Position numbers and translations under genes: made by a program. Under the pieces are notes generated by a model. It made no database searches. It had not been told where the DNA came from and saw only the letters and a list, made by a program, of their open reading frames with translations. From Lysobacterales bacterium (GTDB lineage: Bacteria; Pseudomonadota; Gammaproteobacteria; Xanthomonadales; SZUA-5), in contig JALHMH010000018.1 in assembly GCA_022844165.1 (NCBI GenBank), positions 29,071-93,070 of the forward strand: a stretch of DNA of 64,000 nt, read 5' to 3'. Shown here piece after piece: positions 1 to 11,700 of the stretch. Position 1 is the stretch's first letter; every line of letters begins with the position of its first letter.

Positions 1-2
1 TC

Positions 3-1070
3 AATACCGCAGCCTCGGGGCAACTGCTGCGGTTCGATGCAGCCCCGAGCGTCAACCCCGACGATGTGGTGATCGATTATTTGACGCCGCGCAGCACCTT
101 CGGCACAGCGCCAGCGGCCGATCACAGCGGCCACTATCGCAATCCAATTTACTTGAGCGACGGCAGCATCGTGGTCGCGCACACGAGCGAGCAGGGCGGC
201 CTCGCCAACGTCGGCACCAATACAGCACCACAGCCGAACTACCGCTTCCGACTCAAACGGATGGTCAATGGCGTGGGCGGCTTTTTGACGGCGGGCACGC
301 CGTTGACCAACGGCATCAACAAGACCGTGAATTGGTGGAGCCCAGATGTTGCGGTCAGCTACAGTGGCGAACTCTGGGAGTTGAGCCCGGTCGAAGTCCG
401 CGCCAGAACGGTGCCGCCATTGACAAGCGAACCGCCGCTCGCGGCGCCCGAAGCCGCCGCGTTTGCGGCTGCCGGCGTTGCACCGAGCACGTTCAAGGCC
501 TTCTTGCGCGCACAGAATTTGGGATTGATCACGGTGCGCAACAACACCGCACGCGATGATGCCGACCGCCAACAGCCGTTCCGTCTTCGTGTGCCCGGCG
601 GCGTTAGTCATTTGCCCGGTACCGGTGCGATTTACGACATACGCCATTTTCAACTCGTGCAAGGGGATCAGGTGCGGGGCATCGGTGGCGCGGCCAGCCC
701 AGATCCAGGCCGTCGCGTCCTGGCGCGCTTCATGCACGGTCTGCCGGCAACGCTCAATCCCCCGAATCCCACCGGCCCGGCGAGCAGCGTCGGTATTTTT
801 AGCGACGGCTCGTCCGCTTCGTTTGTGCCGACACGTCGGGCGCTCAGTTGGCAAACCACCGATCCGGGCGGAACGCCTGTCGTCCGCGAGCGATTCTGGC
901 TGACGCTGCAACCGGGCGAAATCCGTGCCTGCGATGGTTGCCACGGCGTCAACCGTGCCGGCCAGTCTGGACAATCGGCGGCTACCAATACGCCACAAGC
1001 GTTGATCGATTTGCTGCAGCGCTGGAGTCAGGCGAACGGCGGACTCATGTTCGCCGACAACTTCGAGTAA
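3..1070 (+). CDS. 5'-truncated HzsA-related (hydrazine synthase alpha-like) protein with one CxxCH heme motif and C-terminal MFADNFE tail
   Basis: Frame is open from the window start. VVRERFWLTLQPGEIRACDGCHG resembles the HzsA-related C-terminal region. Ends LMFADNFE*. Confidence 0.65.
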   Translation, partial: NTAASGQLLRFDAAPSVNPDDVVIDYLTPRSTFGTAPAADHSGHYRNPIYLSDGSIVVAHTSEQGGLANVGTNTAPQPNYRFRLKRMVNGVGGFLTAGTPLTNGINKTVNWWSPDVAVSYSGELWELSPVEVRARTVPPLTSEPPLAAPEAAAFAAAGVAPSTFKAFLRAQNLGLITVRNNTARDDADRQQPFRLRVPGGVSHLPGTGAIYDIRHFQLVQGDQVRGIGGAASPDPGRRVLARFMHGLPATLNPPNPTGPASSVGIFSDGSSASFVPTRRALSWQTTDPGGTPVVRERFWLTLQPGEIRACDGCHGVNRAGQSGQSAATNTPQALIDLLQRWSQANGGLMFADNFE

Positions 1071-1164
1071 GTGCCGCGCCTTTGCGCGCCGAATCGGCGC
1101 GCCTGCTCCGCACGAACGGCGCAACGCGTAGTCTTGTCAGCCTCTCGATGACCGGATGTCGCTC

Positions 1165-3861
1165 ATGGCTACGCTGTATTTGATCGACGGCTCAAGTTTC
1201 ATGTATCGCGCGTTCCACGCGCTACCGCCGCTGAGCAACTCGGCCGGTGAACCGACCGGCGCGCTGTTCGGCGTGGTCAACATGCTGCGTAAAATTATGA
1301 GCGAGGCCAAACCGGAGTATCTGGCCTTCGTGTTCGATGCGTCGGGCCCGACCTTCCGAGATGCGCTGTATTCCGAGTACAAGGCCAATCGCCCGCCGAT
1401 GCCGGAAGACTTGCGCGCGCAAATCGAACCGTTGTTGACTTTAGTCGAAGCGCTGGGCGTACCGATACTGCGCGAGTCCGGGGTCGAGGCCGACGACGTG
1501 ATCGGAACACTCGCGCTGCAAGGACTGGCCGCGCAGCAGGAAGTGGTCATCGCCACCAGCGATAAAGACTTGACGCAATTGGTTCGGCCCGGGATTCGCT
1601 GGCAGAACTCGATGACCGGAGAGACGCTCGACAGCGCTGGTGTGGCCGTGAAGTTTGGCGTTCCGCCGGAGCGCATCATCGACTATCTGGCGCTGATGGG
1701 CGATAGCGTCGACAACGTTCCTGGTGTCGAGAAGTGCGGGCCAAAAACCGCTGCCAAATGGATCGCAGAATTCGGCTCGCTCGAGGGCGTCATGGCACGC
1801 TCGGGCGAGGTCTCCGGCAAAATCGGCGAGTATCTGCGCGCGGCACTCGATCGGCTGCCGCTCAATCGCCAGTTGGTGACGGTAAAGACCGACGTTGCAC
1901 TGCCGGTCGGCGTGACCGACTTGAAGCGCACCGAGCCCAACATCGAGAAGTTGCGAGAACTCTACTTCCGATACGGATTCAAGCAGGCGCTCAATGAAAT
2001 CGGCGGACCGCCCGCAGCGGCGCCGAAGCCGGAAGTGGTCGCCAAACCGATTGAAAAGCACTATGCGCTGATCATGGATATGACGGCGCTTCAGCTGTGG
2101 ATCGCCAAGCTGCAAGCAGCGGATGCATTCGCATTCGATACCGAAACCACCAGCATCGACGCGCAACAGGCGGAACTCGTTGGCGTCTCTTTCGCCGTTG
2201 CACCCGGCGATGCGGCTTACCTGCCGCTGGCGCACGATTTTCCCGGAGCACCGCCACAACTGGAGTGCAAGCGCGTGCTGGATGCACTCAAGCCGATTCT
2301 TGAAGATGCAGGCAAGACCAAGATCGCGCAGCACGGCAAGTACGATATCAACGTGCTAACGCGCTATGGCATTGACATTGCCGGGTTCCGCTACGACACG
2401 ATGCTCGAATCCTACGTGCTCGACTCGACTGCGACGCTGCACAATATGGATGCGCTCGCCAAACATTACCTGGGCATTCAGACCGTTGCGTACGAAGAGG
2501 TTGCAGGCAAAGGCGCGAAACAAATCGGCTTCTCGCAGGTGGCGCTCGACGATGCAATGAACTATGCCGCGGAAGACGCCGATGTGACCTTGCGCCTGCA
2601 TCACCATTTGTGGCCGAAGCTGCAAGAGACGCCCGCCTTGAAGCGCGTATTCGAAGACATCGAAATGCCGCTGGCACCGGTGCTGGCGCGCATGGAACGA
2701 CGTGGCGTACTAATCGATGCCGCGTTGATGCGGCAACAAAGCAACGAGCTCGGTAAAGCGATGCACCAGCTGGCTATGGCGGCTGAAGCACTGGTTGGAC
2801 ATCCGTTTTCGCTGGACTCCCCAAAACAGCTGGCGCAGGTGTTGTACGTCGAACGTGGCCTGCCGATCAAACAGCGCACGCCGTCGGGCGCGCCGTCGAC
2901 CAACGAAGATGCCCTCGAAGATCTGGCCGATGTCGATGAGCTGCCGAAGAAGATCCTCGAATACCGCTCGTTGGCGAAACTCAAAGGTACCTATACCGAC
3001 AAGTTGCCGGAGCTCATCAACCCACGCACCGGGCGCGTACACACGAGTTTCCATCAAGCCGTCGCCGCCACCGGTCGATTGTCCTCATCCGATCCGAACT
3101 TGCAGAACATTCCGATCCGCACCGCCGAAGGCCGGCGCATTCGCCAGGCTTTCGTTGCACCGCCCGGCTGGGTCTTGCTCGCCGCCGACTACTCGCAAAT
3201 CGAGTTGCGCATCATGGCGCATCTGTCGAACGATACGGGCCTGCTGAGCGCATTCGGCGCAGGCGCCGATATTCATCGCGCCACCGCGGCCGAGGTTTTC
3301 GGCAAGAGTCTGGCCGAGGTCAGCAGCAATGAGCGTCGCGCCGCCAAAGCGATCAACTTCGGATTGATTTACGGCATGAGCGCTTTCGGCCTGGGCAAAC
3401 AACTGGGCATTGGCCGCGCCCAGGCGCAGCAGTACGTCGATCTGTATTTCCAGCGTTATCCCGGCGTACGCGCGTATATGGACGAAACGCGCAAATCCGC
3501 GCGCGCCAAGGGCTATGTCGAAACCGTGTTCGGCCGCCGCCTGTATCTCCCGGACATCGCTGCAAAGAGCTTCGCTGCCCGCGGCGGCGCCGAGCGGGCC
3601 GCGATCAATGCGCCGATGCAGGGCACCGCCGCCGACATCATCAAGCGCGCGATGATCGAACTCGACCGCTGGCTCGCAGACAAAGATGACGCAGCGCGGA
3701 TGCTGCTGCAGGTCCACGACGAGTTGGTGTTCGAGGTGCGCGAGGATGCGATCGATGCCTTCAAGACCGGCATCGCCGACCGTATGCAAGCCGCCGCTAC
3801 GCTCAAAGTGCCGCTGCTCGTCGACGTCGGCACTGGCCGGCACTGGGATGCGGCGCATTGA
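1165..3861 (+). CDS. polA: DNA polymerase I
   Basis: 5'-3' exonuclease (LIDGSS...RAFHA), 3'-5' exonuclease (FDTETT, YAAEDA), polymerase motifs DYSQIELR, RRAAKAINFGLIYG and VHDE. Start could be 1156. Confidence 0.98.
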   Translation: MATLYLIDGSSFMYRAFHALPPLSNSAGEPTGALFGVVNMLRKIMSEAKPEYLAFVFDASGPTFRDALYSEYKANRPPMPEDLRAQIEPLLTLVEALGVPILRESGVEADDVIGTLALQGLAAQQEVVIATSDKDLTQLVRPGIRWQNSMTGETLDSAGVAVKFGVPPERIIDYLALMGDSVDNVPGVEKCGPKTAAKWIAEFGSLEGVMARSGEVSGKIGEYLRAALDRLPLNRQLVTVKTDVALPVGVTDLKRTEPNIEKLRELYFRYGFKQALNEIGGPPAAAPKPEVVAKPIEKHYALIMDMTALQLWIAKLQAADAFAFDTETTSIDAQQAELVGVSFAVAPGDAAYLPLAHDFPGAPPQLECKRVLDALKPILEDAGKTKIAQHGKYDINVLTRYGIDIAGFRYDTMLESYVLDSTATLHNMDALAKHYLGIQTVAYEEVAGKGAKQIGFSQVALDDAMNYAAEDADVTLRLHHHLWPKLQETPALKRVFEDIEMPLAPVLARMERRGVLIDAALMRQQSNELGKAMHQLAMAAEALVGHPFSLDSPKQLAQVLYVERGLPIKQRTPSGAPSTNEDALEDLADVDELPKKILEYRSLAKLKGTYTDKLPELINPRTGRVHTSFHQAVAATGRLSSSDPNLQNIPIRTAEGRRIRQAFVAPPGWVLLAADYSQIELRIMAHLSNDTGLLSAFGAGADIHRATAAEVFGKSLAEVSSNERRAAKAINFGLIYGMSAFGLGKQLGIGRAQAQQYVDLYFQRYPGVRAYMDETRKSARAKGYVETVFGRRLYLPDIAAKSFAARGGAERAAINAPMQGTAADIIKRAMIELDRWLADKDDAARMLLQVHDELVFEVREDAIDAFKTGIADRMQAAATLKVPLLVDVGTGRHWDAAH

Positions 3862-4200
3862 TGATCGGCAGCGCTGGCTGTGTTGGCTTCGATCCGGAAT
3901 CGCGTCCAGCGCAATCATCCGGGCGCGATTGGCTCTGTCACGGAAAGAGAAGTCGAAAATCGGAATGAACAGCAAGTCGTAGACAGGCGGCGTGCGACTG
4001 AAGGATGAGTCAGTTCAAATTGCGCATCCAGCGAGCTGTTTAACTGGATCGAAGAGGCCTATCGCGCTGCATGAGGCCTGGTGGCAACCAACACGCCTGC
4101 AGCCCGAAGTCCCAATTGACGGACACTGAGCGACAACCGCTGCACTGGATCTCAACGCTATCCTGCACATGTGCGGCATTGGCGAAACAGGAGCATTTGG

Positions 4201-5484
4201 ATGCATCAGGCCCCACGCGCCACGGCGGCTGCGGTCGTCGGCACGGTCTTCGAATGGTTCGACTTCTTTCTCTACGGCAGCCTCGTTGCGGTTCTGAGCG
4301 CGCAGTTTTTTCCTTCAGATCAACCGACCGCAGGACTGTTGGCAGCGCTCGCCGCCTATGGCGCAGGCTGGATCGTGCGGCCGCTGGGCGCACTGTACTT
4401 TGGGCGTATGGGAGATCGGATCGGGCGTAAGAAGACGTTCTTGATCACGATTTCGCTGATGGGCGGCGCGACCGTTGCGATCGGTTGTTTGCCAACCTAT
4501 GCCCAGGTGGGGCTGCTCGCACCCACGCTGCTCGTCGCGCTGCGCTTACTGCAGGGATTTGCGGTGGGCGGCGAGTTTGGTGGTGCGGCTACGTACGTCG
4601 CGGAACACGCGCCCGATCGGCATCGCGCGCTGTACACGAGTTTGATCCAGGGTACGGGAACCTTGGGCTTGTTGTTAGCGCTGTTGGTGATCGGCGGCGT
4701 GCGTGCCGCGCTCGGCGCCGAGGCGTTTAACGACTGGGGATGGCGGGTGCCGTTCCTGCTGTCGATTCTGCTGCTTGCGCTGTCGATTTACATGCGCTTG
4801 TCGCTGCACGAGTCGCCGTTGTTTGCACGCGCACAGGCGGCCGGGCAGCTCTCCAAATCGCCATTGAAGGAAGCGTTTTCCAGTCGCGAACACGTACGCT
4901 CGATGGGTCTTGCCATTCTCACGCTGACGATGGCGCAAGGCGTGGTCTGGACCACCGGGCAGTTCTTCCCGTTGGTGTTCATGCAATCGACACTGGGGCT
5001 TGACGTGGGTGTCGCTTCGGGCGTGATGGCGGCGGTGCTCGCGGCCAGCGCGCCTTTGTTTCCCGCTGCGGGTTGGCTCGCCGATCGTATCGGTCGCCGT
5101 CCGGTGGTGATTGGTGGCTTTGTGCTGTCGGCGCTACTGATCATGCCGGTGTTCAAGGGTCTGGGCGCGGCCGCAGCGCCATTTTCGTTCGGCGCGGCAT
5201 TCGCCTGGCTGATGCTGCTTGCGATACCAGTCGCATTGGTGTGTGCACCCGCGAGCGCCTATCTCGTGGAGTTGTTCCCCACACGCATTCGCTACAGCGC
5301 GATGGGCTTGCCCTACCACTTGGGCAACGGCTGGTTCGGCGGTTTCATGCCGCTGGCCACCGCGGCCATCGGCGCACACTTTGGCGATCCCTATGCGGGC
5401 TTTTACTACTCGATCGCATTGTCCATTGCGTGCGCACTTGCGGCCTTTTTTCTCATGCCAGAGACACGCGGGCGAGCGCTGTAG
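4201..5484 (+). CDS. MFS transporter, metabolite:H+ symporter (MHS) family
   Basis: GTVFEWFDFFLYG, GDRIGRKKTF, RLLQGFAVGGEFGGA and WGWRVPF motifs. AGGAG RBS lies 7 nt before ATG 4201. Confidence 0.92.
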   Translation: MHQAPRATAAAVVGTVFEWFDFFLYGSLVAVLSAQFFPSDQPTAGLLAALAAYGAGWIVRPLGALYFGRMGDRIGRKKTFLITISLMGGATVAIGCLPTYAQVGLLAPTLLVALRLLQGFAVGGEFGGAATYVAEHAPDRHRALYTSLIQGTGTLGLLLALLVIGGVRAALGAEAFNDWGWRVPFLLSILLLALSIYMRLSLHESPLFARAQAAGQLSKSPLKEAFSSREHVRSMGLAILTLTMAQGVVWTTGQFFPLVFMQSTLGLDVGVASGVMAAVLAASAPLFPAAGWLADRIGRRPVVIGGFVLSALLIMPVFKGLGAAAAPFSFGAAFAWLMLLAIPVALVCAPASAYLVELFPTRIRYSAMGLPYHLGNGWFGGFMPLATAAIGAHFGDPYAGFYYSIALSIACALAAFFLMPETRGRAL

Positions 5485-5506
5485 CGCCGCCACGGAGCGG
5501 CGGCGC
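5484..5506. terminator. GC-rich hairpin between convergent genes
   Basis: GCGCCGCC-ACGGAGC-GGCGGCGC directly after the MFS stop. There is no U-tract. Confidence 0.4.
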
Positions 5507-5519
5507 GTCCGATCACGCG

Positions 5520-7720
5520 TTATTCGAAGCCATTCGCAAACACACCGTCATTGTCGAAGGTATGCGACCAGACGCCACGGCCCAGCGTGCCTGCATAGAG
5601 CGTCTGAGTGGATGGCACGTAGCGCAGGTCGAATACCAATACGTCCGGTAACGCGCTGCCGAGTTGCGACCAGACAGCGCTATCGACGGCCGCTGTGTAA
5701 ACGCCCGATCGTGTGCCCAGTGCGACCTCCCCGCGGCCAGCGAGAAACTCAATCGTGCGGAAGTCGACGGACGAGATCGCGCCTAGATTTCCGGTGACAT
5801 CGGTCCAGGTCACGCCGGCGTCCGTTGAGCGAAACACCTGGTTGTCATCGATCGCGAAGACCAGGTTGCTGGTGGCTGGGTCCATCGCCACGTCAGTGAT
5901 CGTAGCAGCACCAGCAGGCAAGGCCGAAGTGACCACAAAGGTGGCCGTTCCCGGCGCGCGGTAATGCACGGCTGCGCTGCGACCGACGTAGGCAACTTCG
6001 GGTGCGGCCGTCGCACCGTAAGCCATCGCGTTGCGATTAGCGCCAGGGCCGCCGAGCGACGTGAGTGTCGGTGCGCCGCTGTCGGCGTTCGTCGATTCAT
6101 AGATGGTATTGACCCCGCCGACCAACAATCGCGATGGATTTGCGGCGCTCAGTTCGGTGGGCGTAACGAATTGCGGGTCGGCAATGTTCGGCATCCCCAA
6201 ATTCCCGGTCTGCGTGTTCGTCATATCAAACGCGGCACGGCGAAAACCGCCGAGGTTCTGTGCGCTAATGAAGCGGAAACTGCTCGCCGGCGTGCGCGCG
6301 CGATCGTCGATCACAACATCGCCGCCGTCGCCACTGTTAATCCAGCGCCATCGCGGATCGACCGCCGTGACCTGCATATGCGTGCCGTTATCCTGGGTAC
6401 CGATCACCAGGATGTTACTGACGCTGTCGTGATCCAGATCGTGCACCTCCATCACATTGAGATTTCCGTTGACCGATACCCACGCCCGCGTGGAGGCGCC
6501 TGGGTTGCTCAAGCGATAGACGCCGCCGTCGTCGCTTTGCAGAAGATTTCCGGCGGCATCGAACGCCATCGCACGGCTGTCGGCATGGGGCGCCGTGTTG
6601 TTCGCACCGCCGTCGACGACCGAAGTCGCCTGGGCACCCAGCGTCGAGGCTGCGTTAACGCGAAACACACTGCCTGTGAACGGGCTGGCTGTGATGCGGT
6701 CCCCAGCGATGTAAACCACATTCCCATCCAGCGGATCGGCGGCGATCGACGTATTGGTACCGCCCTGGCCTCCGGGGTGGATGTTCGGTTCATCGAGCGC
6801 AACCCAGGTTGCGCCTCGATCCGGCGAGCGCATCAACGCAGTAATTCGCCCGGCCTGGACAACAATGACGAAGACGCTCTGCCCAGGCCCAACTGCGATA
6901 CGAATCCGACTATTCGCCGGCGCCACGTCGGTCAACCCGGCGGTGATGTCAGTCCATGTCGCGCCGAAATTTTCGCTGCGATGCACAGTGCCGTTGCGCA
7001 CTGCGGCGTAGAGCCGGTTGCTATTGGCCGGATCGACGACCAAATCGTGGATGCCGCCGGTGGGCAAGACGCTGCCTGAGACGTTGGTCCAAGTCGCACC
7101 CGTATCCGACGAGCGGAACAAGCCGCCGCCAAACGACGCTGCCAAGATCTCTGCGCCGCGCGCTTGCACGCCAACGAGTTTCTGACCAAGCAGATCCGTA
7201 CTGCCGAGCAGCGTCCAACTCAGACCGCCATTGGTTGTGCGGTACACGCCAATCTCATCGTCGCCGCGCTGCGCGAAATTGCTCCAGCGGCCAAGACCGG
7301 CCACGAGTGTCTGTGAGGTCGCATCGGTCGGGTCGAAACTGATGGCACCGATCGATTGCGACGGCATCCCGTCGGTCAGCGGCGCCCAACTCGGACGCGC
7401 GGCGAGCGCGTCGTTGGTTCGCCAAACGCCACCATTGACGCCGCCGATATAGAGAATGTTCGCATTCGTTGGGTGCGGCGCGAGCGCGTGCACAGCGCCC
7501 GAAACTTCGTTGTCCGGGGGACTCTGACTTGCGCCGAAAATGTTGGCGCTGGACCGCGTTCGATCCAGGTCGCACCGCTGCCGCGATCAGACTGCATCGG
7601 CGGGACGATCGCGGGCCGCTCCTCGGAAGGGTCCACCGGTTCGGCATCGCCGAGTACGGTTGGTCGCGACACACAACCGGTTAAACAGCTCAATGCAAGA
7701 ATCAGGAGGATGCGGTTCAC
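5520..7720 (-). pseudogene. BNR/Asp-box repeat beta-propeller lipoprotein (sortilin/GH74-like), frameshifted at a C5 run (7516-7520)
   Basis: GTG 7720 starts MNRILLILALSCLTGC (lipobox) in one frame. The main body (PDNEVSGAVHALAPHP...; repeated RSxDxGxTW Asp-boxes; ends VFANGFE*) is in another frame. One extra C joins them. Could be a sequencing error. Confidence 0.75.
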
Positions 7721-7796
7721 AGCAGTCGGTCGAGGGCCAAAGACCGCGAGAAGATCGCGCAGATTCGACGTCTTCGCCAGTGCCATCGCGAGAAAA

Positions 7797-8468
7797 TCAG
7801 CCCAGCGACATCGGCTTGGATATCCCGAGCCACATCGCAGCAAAAATTGCGATCCAGATCACCCAGACAATCGGCTTGACCTGCGCGATGATTCTGCGCA
7901 TTGCCGTCTCATCCTCCGCCGTGGCGAGGCCGTTGGCGACCTTGGCCAGCAACGGACCGAAGGGCAATAACTGTCGGCGGATCACGAGGCCACAGACAAT
8001 AATCGCGGCGAATAGCCCGACTTTGGCCTGCAGCCAGAATTGATCAGCCAACGGTGCACCGCGGCGGATGCTCTGAATCAACATCGCCACAAGGCCCAGT
8101 GCGATTGCGATTCGCAGCAGCCAGTCGAAGCGACGCAGGCGCTCGCCCAACGCTGAATGCTCGCGCAGGTGCACGGCCCAGACCATGACCAGCCAGGCAA
8201 GGCAGAACACCAGCACAGCGACAACCCCGGGGCCGTCGATGGATAGAAAGCCCATTACCTGCGCCAGCGCCATTCCGCTGCCCAACATCAGCACCAGACA
8301 CGTCCGCGGAATCATGTCCGCCAACAACATCAGTTTTGCTGCATACATGCGGACCGCGGCGGGGCGTTGGCGGTCGATGACATGATTGCTGACCAGGTAG
8401 ACGACCAGATCTGAGCCCAACCAATAGATGACGCACAACAAGTGAAACAACAGGGCAAGGGTGTACAT
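7797..8468 (-). CDS. Hypothetical integral membrane protein (about 6 TM)
   Basis: 223-aa ORF with multiple hydrophobic helices, co-oriented just upstream of the BNR gene. Confidence 0.8.
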   Translation of the reverse strand: MYTLALLFHLLCVIYWLGSDLVVYLVSNHVIDRQRPAAVRMYAAKLMLLADMIPRTCLVLMLGSGMALAQVMGFLSIDGPGVVAVLVFCLAWLVMVWAVHLREHSALGERLRRFDWLLRIAIALGLVAMLIQSIRRGAPLADQFWLQAKVGLFAAIIVCGLVIRRQLLPFGPLLAKVANGLATAEDETAMRRIIAQVKPIVWVIWIAIFAAMWLGISKPMSLG

Positions 8469-8778
8469 GGGTCGTCGTGTTTGCCGTTCGGTTGAGGTCT
8501 GATTCTCGCATTCACGCGCCGAGCGCTAAACCCGCATTCCGCCTTTTCTCGCCCCACTCCGGCGCAAAAGAACCTCTCTAGCGGCGCAGCCGCCAATCGT
8601 TCAGTCTGGCGCGCAGCTCGCGCTGCGCAAGCTCGCCGGCGTCCAGTCTGGTGCGGCGGCGCGGTTGTCGGGTGGAGCTGTTGCCCTGAATCCGGCGCGC
8701 TGCTGGTGCGAAGCGGTAAAAACCCCACCCGCCCCAAGTCCCCGTTACGCTAAGAACCGCCCATACCGGAGACGCTTC

Positions 8779-11700
8779 ATGCGCCTGCTCGTGCTGCTCT
8801 TCCTGCTACCTTTCCAAGCCTTCGCCCAGACGCCAACGACGCCGCGCGAGTCGCCGCCGCAGATCTGGATTGACCCGAGCGCTGGGGACCTCAAACCCAT
8901 CGTACTGGGCGATGTGACGATCGACATCCGAACTTCTGGTTTCATCGCCCGCACGTCCATAGAGCTGCGTTTCGACAATCCGAATTCGCGTGTGCTCGAA
9001 GGCGAGTTTGTGTTCCCGTTGAGCGCTGGTCAGACGGTGGCAGGTTACGCGCTGGAGGTGAACGGCGCGATGCGCGAGGGTGTCGTGGTGGAGAAGGAAA
9101 CGGCGCGGGTGGCGTTCGAGGACATCACGCGCCAGCAGGTCGATCCGGGACTGGCGGAAATCACCCAGGGCAATGTGTTTCGCACGCGGCTCTATCCGAT
9201 TCCGGCGCGAGGCAGCAAACGCGTGCGACTGTCGTTCGAGCAGGTGATGAGCAATGGCGATAAGGCTTGGCGGTATGAGCTGCCGCTGCATTTCACGCAG
9301 ACGGTGGGACGCTTTACGGTGCGGGTGCGCGCGGCTTTGGCGAGCGCCGCGCCGAGTGGCGGGGAGTTTGCGTTCGAGCGCGCGGGCACCGAGTGGTTTA
9401 CCGAACTGACGCGCGAGAATGTGACGCCGCAGCGGCGCTTGCAGTTCGACATTCCGAAGGGCGAGGGCAGCCAGATCGTCGAAGCCGTCGATCCGATCGA
9501 GCCGCAGTGGCGCAGCGTGGTCGCGCTGATCGCGCCGCCGGCGGTCAAGGATGTGGTGATCCCCAAACGTCTGGCGTTGTTTGTCGATGCTTCCGCCAGC
9601 GCGCGCGATCAGGATTGGGCGCGCGTCAACGCGGTGCTGCGGCGCTATTTCGAGCGCATCGGTTCGGCGGAGGTGCGACTGGTGGTGTTTCGCAATGAGG
9701 CCGATCCCCCGCAAACCTTTGCCGTGCGCGGCGGGCGAGCGCCGGAACTGCTGGCGGCGTTGGCAGCGCTGACGTTCGATGGCGGATCGAGCTATGGGTC
9801 GCTGACGTTGCCGGCGGGCAGCGATGCGGCGCTGATCATCGGCGACGGCCTGAGCAACTTCGGCACCGCAACGGCGACGCTGCCGGTACCCACCACCGCA
9901 CTGCACGCCGCACAGCGCTTCGATACGGCGCACTTGCAGCGTCTTACGCGCGGCGCGGCGGTGGTCGATGCGCATGGCGATGTCGACGCTGCCAGTGCGG
10001 CGCTGCTGGGCGCCGTGTGGCGGATGAACTCGCGTGGCAATTGCGAGCAGCAGCATTTGGAAACGCGCCTCGGGCAGCTCATCTGGTACGGGCGCTGCAA
10101 GGGGCAGGGCACACTGGCGCTGACGTTGGCGAAGGGCCGCGAGCGTGCCGAGGTGCCGATCGCATTCGGCGTTGGGAACAGCGATCTCAACGAGACCGTG
10201 CATCGGCTCTGGGCGCAGTCGCAATTGGCGGAGTTGGGTCGCAGCAGCCCGACCGATCGCGCTGCGATGATCGCACTCGGCAAGCGCTATGGCGTGGTCA
10301 CCGAGGGCACCTCGCTGCTGGTGCTCGATCGCGTTGAGGACTATGTGCGTTATCGCGTCGAGCCCAGGGAACCCGAACTGCGCGCGCAGTACTTGCAGCA
10401 ACTGGCGGCGCTGCCGAAGACGCCGGCCGATCCGGATCGCGCGCAGCGTATCGCGCAGTTGATTCAGCGCTGGCAGGCGTTCAAGGCCTATCACGCGGCG
10501 AGCTATCCGAATGTGGAGAGCGTGCTGGTGCCAATCGCGGAGCAGGAATCGGCGGCGTGGCCGAATACGCACATCAAGGATGTTGCAGCAGGCTTTCAAC
10601 AGGCGCAGGCGTTGCTGACGGATGCGCGCACGTTGGTGTCGCGGTTCGCGCGCGATGGCGCGGAGCCGGATTCGGCCGCAAAGTGGCGGCGGGAAGCGAG
10701 TGCGTTGATGATGGCCATTGAGGCGCTGCGCAAGCGGCGCGAGTCGATGCCGTTGGTGGCGCAGGCTGCAGATGAGCTGGCGCGCGAACGCGATGACTCG
10801 AATGTGGTGTCTTCCCGTGCTGTCGCGCAAAGTGCGCCACGCGAAGAGCTGGTGATGGCGGCCGGTTTCGCGGCCGATGCACCACGCGCGGCGGCGCCGC
10901 CGTCCCCGGCTGCTGCAGCCGTCGCCGAATCGATGGAACCCGTTCTTGCCGAAAACAAAGCCGTCGGCGGCAGCGCGACTGAGCTCGAGCCTGTGCGCGC
11001 CACCATCGAGCTGACCGGCTGGACGCCCGACTCGCCCGATGTTCTTGCGATCCGCGAGGCGCGCGATAGTTACGCTGCGTACTTATCGGCGCGGGAACGA
11101 CTTGCAAGTTCGCCGGCGTTCTTCTTGGATGTGGCGGATGTTCTGCGCGGCAAGAAGCAGGATCGACTAGCGCTGCGCGTGCTGTCGAATCTCGCCGAGA
11201 TGGACGTGGACAACGCCGCGCTGGTGCGTGTTCTCGCATATCGCCTGAGCGAGTGGGAGCGCTTCGATCTGGCGGTGCCGCAATTCGAAAAAGCGCTGGC
11301 GTTGCGCGGCGAGGAACCGCAGAGTTATCGCGATCTGGCATTGGCGCTGTACCGCCAACAAGCACCCGAACATCACCGCGCAATCGATCTGTTGTGGCAG
11401 GTCGCTACTGGCGATTGGCATGGGCGATTTCCGGATATCGAGCTGATCGCGCTGCATGAGATGAATCAGGTGCTGGTAAGCGCGCCGGGCGCGACAGCGA
11501 GCGTCGCGCGATTGGGCATTGCGCCGGAGCTGATCGATCCGGTGGCCGTCGGATTGCGCGTGGTGTTGAGCTGGGACGCGGATAACACCGACATCGATCT
11601 GTGGGTGGTCGATCCGAGCGGCGAGAAGGCGTATTACAGTGACCCGGAAACGCCCACCGGTGGTCACGTCAGCCGCGATTTCACGCAAGGCTATGGGCCA

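Noticed and set aside
3862-4200. sX13-like sRNA, which lies downstream of polA in Xanthomonas
   Set aside because: No C-rich-loop hairpins or terminator are visible on either strand.
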